Source: Adineta vaga
Lineage: Eukaryota > Animalia > Rotifera
Length of the DNA stretch: 64,000 nt
Direction: 5' to 3'
NCBI GenBank assembly: GCA_021613535.1
Contig: CP075495.1
Location: forward strand, 7,192,001 to 7,256,000
Below, in pieces: positions 57,474 to 64,000 of this stretch. Position 1 is the stretch's first letter, and each line of letters starts with the position of its first letter. Below the pieces are notes generated by a model. The model saw nothing but the letters and a program-made list of their open reading frames with translations, ran no database searches and had not been told where the DNA came from. Both the position numbers and the translations under genes were made by a program.

Positions 57474-58756
57474 AGATTTTGAAATTATAATTAAAATAAA
57501 TTATTCTTGAGGAATGCGGTCATTTTTCCGTGTTATTTGAGGTCCTTCCTTTACTTTTCTATGAATCATATAGTATCAAAAAATGATGCAATAATATGAT
57601 TCACTTGGAAAAAAATTCTTTTTATGTTTGTAAATATGTATATAGTAGATTTAATAAAATATATATTTTAATATAATATGACTCATAATGATATGCTATT
57701 ATTAAACTTGAAAAATAATAAAAAAAAGATTTTTGATAATTTTTCAGATATAATAACTCTGCACATCTAATGTATTTTTCAGTATAAGTATAATCGGTAT
57801 AATCTTGATCTTGATGCTCAAAAACATAAAGTTTACACAATAAACTAAAGTGCGCATTCCATGGATTTTTTGAGCATTTGTTCATTCATAATTTTGACAT
57901 TGTGAATAGGGTTTTGTGTAATTTTTGTTGTTGGCAACAAAACGTTTCTATAAGAAAGAGTACTAAGATATTTTTATAGTTCAAGTTCAACTTCATTGAT
58001 ATACAATACATCTAGCGTAGATAGTTTCTCATCTGATCCAACATAATTATTGAAGGGTATAAAAAAATCTAATTACTCAGTAATAAAGTTTATTTAAATT
58101 ACATTCATGGTGTCCGATTCGAAAGAGACTATCTATTCAAATAGAAAATTGAACATTTGAAATGTGTTATCGATCTACCATACTATGTATATGTTGAAAG
58201 GTGATAAATTAAACGATTTTATAATTGTTGTACGGTCTTATACGATGTAACATAGTAGAGTATTACGAAAATTTAATTCAATTACTAGTTTTTTCGAAAA
58301 TGTTTGTCCTTTATTTGACTATGTATTACAATAGATGTAATAAGTTGAAGAAAACCGTTACACTTTTCTTAACCTTGATGGATTACATTCACAAGTTCGA
58401 AAAGACACATGTAGTGCGTATGAAGATGTCGTATGGATATGTGATTTTACCGGTTATTTGTTCGTATTCAGAGAGAGAGAAAACCAAAATCTAGGTATTT
58501 CTACTGTCTGATATAGTGACAAGAACGAGAGAGAGATAGAAAAGAATAGAGAAAAAAGAGAAGACCGTTTATATACTTATATATAACGTGCGGACACCGT
58601 GTCATAGTCACAAAAGAAAACGAGCTTTTTAATCACATTCGTGTCCTCCTCATTAATTTATACATATATATACTGATCCTCTAGTTTTTTTTAAATTGTA
58701 CCGATCGATTTGTTTTGTTTTGAATACATATATACATATAAAATCGTCGATTCAAG

Positions 58757-61700
58757 ATGCCAAGCATTGTGTAAGTGATTGATTTGAAAAACATCTTCGA
58801 ATAATCTAATGTCTTATTTTTGTTTCAGACGACAAGATAGCCTTTGTTCGCATGTGGATCAATTACGATTTTTTGATTTTCTTGAGCCAAATTTTGATTT
58901 CAAAACAGCAATGTCAAGATTTGAACGACAAGTTAGTTGGTTACCATTTGTTGCACCAACAGCTGAATTGGAATCATCACCAATCGAAAACAACAATACA
59001 TTTGATTCAATATGGCAATCACAACATTCATATTTATCAACATTACCCGAAACACCACCAGCATTTCTCGATGATGATCATCATCGACCATCAGAAATTA
59101 GCATTGATTCAATTATTGATGAAAGGCATTTGAGTAATTTTCTCTCACCGCCATTGCCACCACCGATTCCTTGTAAAGAATTTGAAAGAGAAAATTTTCC
59201 GATCTATTTTTAATCTTTTCTTTCTCTTTTAGTAATGAAAACAGTAACAACACCACGATTGAATCTACCTGTTCGATCTCAAGAAAAAATCTCTCGAGCA
59301 ATATCACCATCACCCTATGAAGCTTCATTACCATCGCAAAAACGAACAAAATCATCTACTAATATTCATGAATCTGAACCATTTGTCACCGGTGTTTCTC
59401 AGTAATTTTCAAACTAGATCTATATTTCATAGTTTTATTTATTTTATTATTTTGTATTATAGAACAGCTTTGGAAGTAGCTGCTCTTCTCAAGGAACATC
59501 CTGGTTACACATGTCCAATGTTAACACTTGTACAAGAATATCAAAGTCGGTAAGTTAAACACTTATAGAATTCAATTAGTGAAGTTACTATAATCCGATT
59601 GCATTTAAATAATTCTATGTTCTGTTTTATTCATTTAGATTTTGCAAACCATTACATACATCTGAATTAAATACGGCACGTGATATTATTGAAATTCATT
59701 ACAATGGTCAGATGGGTTATGCAAGATTGACACCGGCATTTCGAGCAACAATTGGAAATGAAGCACTTCCAGTAGATGATATATTTCTGTATAAAAGATT
59801 TGTAATTTTTTGTGTTTTACTAGGTTCGACTTGAACGTCCTTATTGTACTATTCATTGTCCAACAAATTTTGTTGTTAGTTCAACATTCGATATGCCATT
59901 CGTTCGATTACCATTACAACGATTTTCTGAAAATGTTCATTTTTTACTTGCACAACATGCTAGTGCCATGCCACTAGGAAGGTATTCATTTCATTTTGTA
60001 GTGTTAGATCTTTCTCTTCTATAAAAATTTTATTTTAATGTTTTAGTTTTGTTCAATGTTATTCATATTATTTTCCACGTTTAGTTGATGATGAATATGG
60101 TGTACCACTCGAACATTATATCACTTGTGTTAAAAATGTCGAAATTGTTACTGATCAAGGTGTTATTAAACGTGTTCAAACAACAATTACACCATCATTT
60201 TCTGTTCCACTCAATCATAGTAAACAAGATAATAAACTATAAACTTCAAAAACTAAATCAAATAATTCTTTTATTTTCAGTGGTACCTGATAAACGATCA
60301 ACATCATCATCAACTGGTTCATTACAAACATTTGCTCGTGAAGTCATTGATCTACTTAAACAACAAACAGTTCATTGTCGTTTACCATTATCTAAATTTG
60401 TAACAACTTATCATATGAAATATAGTCGACATTGTCGGGCAGCTGATTATGGTTTCGAAAAAATTCTTGATCTATTAATTGCTATACCAAATGCTGTTCA
60501 AGTAAGTAAAAGTTTCTCTTATGAAAATTAATAGGAAGAAAAAAAAATCTTCAATCCATCTTCTAATTTCTAGATACTCGGCGATGGTAATAAACGTATA
60601 TTAACATTAACTCATCGATGTCAAGTAAAACGTTTTTTTAATGATCTCGTCCGAATTCTTAAAAATAAACCACAAAGAACGATGGCAATTAGTGAAATAC
60701 CCAAAGAGTTTGGTAAGTTGATTAGATTATCCCATTTCTACTTGTGAGATTTCTGATTAAATCTCTTATTTTATATTTCCAGCCAATTTTAGTAAGAAAC
60801 CATTTGATATTATTGATTTTGGTGTTTGTTATCTCGATGATCTCATTGGTGAACTTCAAGACAACAAAGAAGTTGTTATCGATAAAGAACATGGAATAAT
60901 AAAACTCTATCGAAAAGGTATATTGATTTCTTATTTGATCATTTCATGAATATTTTGCTCTTACCAGAACAAACGGATGTTGAAAAATTTGCTACACAAA
61001 TCTTTGCTGATGATATCATTAATATGTTTCGTCATCAACAGGATTTTAATATTCCATTCCAACGTTTTATTCCAATGTATCATCATCATTTTGGTTATCA
61101 ATGTCGTGTACAACTATATGGATGTTTACGTTTAATTGATTTATTTGAAGAAATTCCACATATTGTTCAAATACTTGAAGATAAAAATGGTGAACGTATT
61201 GTACAATTAACTCATGAAGCAATTCATCAAGCTGTTTTATTAAATATCATGCAACTTATTCGACAACATGAAGGTTCAATCTTATTTGATCAATTATCTA
61301 AACTTTATGCTGAAATGTTTCGTTTTGAACTTAATTGTGAAGAAATGGGTTTTGATTCTATTGAATTAATGCTCGAATCAATGCAAGAAAAATTAACTGT
61401 AAGTTAGTTTTCAATCATATTAAGAAAATCTTTTGTCTTTGAATAGTGTGCTCAAACCAATAAAAGTACCGTTGTTATTCGTGTTATTGAAGAACATCAT
61501 TCAGATATTGTATTTGCTCGAAATGTTGTACACATTTTAATGGAAGCACAAGGTGAAACAACAATTTGGTTACTTAAACAAGAAATGGCAAATCGATATA
61601 GAAGAGAATTAAAAATTGAAGATTGTCAAAATCGTCTTAAACAATATATTGAAGTATGGATAATCAAATGAGTCAATTTCTGATAAACAATTGATATTGA

Positions 61701-62155
61701 TCTATATTTTTATCATTTTAGTTAATCGGTCAAAATGTTCGTTTAACACCACCAATGCGATTTGCTTACGAAGTAGTTAAAGGAATGCGTGCATGTGGTT
61801 TAGATAAAATGAATTATGAAGATTTTCTTATTGATTATCAATTACGTCATGGTAATGCACATTGTCCAAATCCATCAGAATTTGGTTATCCAACGATCGA
61901 TCGTTTATTCAATGCAATACGTATTGTTGTTTTAACACGTGGTCATCGACAAACGAAAACAGTTTCATTAACCGATGAATTTCGAAGTAAGTCAATTTAT
62001 TATGTAGTTAAAAACGATCTTTCTTTCTTTCTAGTGCATATTCGTCCTAGTTATTCACTTCATTTAAACAATAATAATCCGTAAGTGAATTATTGTCTTT
62101 TTAAAAAGATCATCAGCATTTTCTTCTGTTTCTTTTTTTTAGTTTTGCTAAATGA
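58757..62155 (+). CDS. MARF1: MARF1/Limkain-b1-like tandem LOTUS (OST-HTH) protein
   Basis: FAREVIDLLKQQ..LSKFVTTYHMKYSRHCRAADYGFEKILDLLIAIPNAVQILGDGNKRILTLTHRCQVKRF, GVPLEHYITCV and FIPMYHHHFGYQCRVQLYG match MARF1 LOTUS repeats. No NYN domain is seen. Confidence 0.85.
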
Positions 62156-62858
62156 GATATGTGTGTATATATATATGTAATATTTATTCCAGAGGATCAG
62201 ATATATATTTTTTTTCGACGAATCTATTTTTGTTTTGTACTTACTTTTTCCGAGAGAATACTTAACATTCTCTCCTTCTTTACTTCTCTTGTTCTTGTAT
62301 GATCTTTCCTCGACTTTGTAGAGTGCGAGTCTTAATATGTCGGAAAAAGCTCGTTTTTTTCATTATTTTCGCAGGGCATCTTGCCCTTACCCTATAGTTT
62401 TTATTATAGCATTTTTATTATTATTATTATTATATTATATTGTCAGTATGTGTGTGTTTTGACGAAAGATTTTTTTTGTATGAGGAGGAACACAACAGAT
62501 AAAAACCATGAATTTACACGATGTATACATTTATTTATTAAAAGATGAATTGGTAAAATGTTCTTTTTTCCTTCTCCTAATGACATAACTTGTTTCAAAC
62601 AGAATTCGAAGAAAGAAGATTCGATAAAAGTTTTGCTTTATGTTGTTGAGAATCTTGGTAAGTATAATTTGTTAAACTTCGCTGCGGTTTATATCTGAAA
62701 ATCTGAACAAAATAAAATTTTCATACATGTAGCAATACATTAGAAATTCATTCTAATAAAATCTATCTGCTATGAATGCTGACCGCTAATCTATCTAATC
62801 TTATATTCTACTATTCAAATCTTATTTCTCTCTGTAATTCATGTCTTTCTACATAATC

Positions 62859-63940
62859 TTAAGATGTATCGCTTTGAAAACTATATTTGTTGTTTACTAT
62901 ACTTTTTGATGATTATTATTGTATTTCTTATTGACAGATTGAACAAGTCTGTCAAAAACATCATTTGGTGAGTGGATTTGTTTCGAACTTTGTGAATGGA
63001 ATGACGAAATAGGTTTGATTAATGTGGTTGTTAAATGTTTAGGTGCATCAGCAATATTTGATAACGTAAAAGAAGATTGGCGACGATTAATCGGCTGATG
63101 TGAATAAAACGATCGTTCGTTGAATCGTGAAACTGAAGAATAAAGTGAATTGGAATATTTCGGAGTAAATGAGTGATGCGATGATATACAAAACGATGGT
63201 TTACGTTCTTATAAATAATATATTGACGATATGACATATATGTTAAATACAATACTAACCGACAAGATCTGATGAAGATGAAGATGATGAGATTGAACTC
63301 GATGGTGAACTTACATTTGACATTGAAGATATTGTAGAATTTTTTGATGTTTGTTGCTGAATTTGATGTAAAAGAAATAATAAATCATTCAAATTCAATT
63401 TTGTTAAATCCATCGTGCGTAATTTATCGAATGAGGATATTTCATTTGAAGCATTGAAAACTACTAATTTTGATCCAGTTGCAGTAGGAGATTTACTGAT
63501 CATACGAACAAGTGGATCATCCGCTGGTACATTAATTGAATCTATTATTAACAGAATGTTTCCCTAATACCATACATAGCGTTGAAATAATATTAAATAC
63601 ATACAATTTACATTATTTGTATAGTTTGTTACCCAGACAATTCGAGTATTTATTCGATTACAAATAGGAAATGAACATAGTTGTTGTTGTTGTTGTTTTT
63701 GTTGACGTTCAATTTCATTAGTATTTTTGTTAACAGACCAGAATGAACTATTGATATCTAATGAAAAGTAAATTAGTCTAAAATCTGTTCATAATTATAA
63801 CATACTCTGCTCCATCGAATGATTTGGAATGATTCGAAAATCAAACTCCTTCATCATATATTGCCGAATATAGGACTGTTCAAATTGACGAAGAAATTTG
63901 ATGTAGTATAGGAAAAAAAGGCGCAATGTCTTCTCGTTAT
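62859..63940 (-). CDS. 3' exons of an unidentified gene, probably continuing past the window end
   Basis: Spliceable exons: DNEKTLRLFFLYYIKFLRQFEQSYIRQYMMKEFDF / ..LCSFPICNRINTRIVWVTNYTNN / GNILLIIDSINVPADDPLVRMISKSP.. / Ser-rich tail. The 3' end is uncertain. Confidence 0.55.
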
Positions 63941-64000
63941 CTTAATGGCAGTTCTAATGTTGCAAAGACTCGACCAAAACGTTTTTTTTTCAGTTTAAAT

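Overview
AT-rich, gene-dense eukaryotic (metazoan) DNA with many short (~50-65 bp) GT-AG introns. Intron size, codon usage and gene content suggest a bdelloid rotifer (Rotaria/Adineta-like); this is inference, not a database result. About 20 protein-coding genes were hand-spliced. In order: POLH (5' part), a Wnt, a plant/cyanobacterial SQD2/SqdX-like GT4 glycosyltransferase (HGT candidate), and a secreted PAN/Apple-like gene with an in-frame stop. Next is a four-gene cluster at 15.6-27.1 kb built from Capicua-N1-like CCCH modules and BRCA1-type tandem BRCT domains, interrupted by an antisense intronless F-box/MORN-like gene. Then come a SIK kinase, a RING-H2 E3, a long coiled-coil protein, CFAP70, PSMC2, PSMB6, DDOST (hosting an intronic C/D snoRNA), FECH, a cystatin, an intronless unknown ORF, a MARF1-like LOTUS-repeat gene and a partial unknown gene. 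The most striking feature is the gene at 21046-24286, which fuses two Cic-N1-like zinc-finger modules, an Iroquois/Mohawk-like TALE homeodomain and a BRCA1-like BRCT pair. It is flanked by module-only genes upstream and a BRCT-only paralog downstream, and is a candidate lineage-specific DNA-damage-linked transcription regulator family. Family assignments come from recalled motifs, and exon boundaries are manual.
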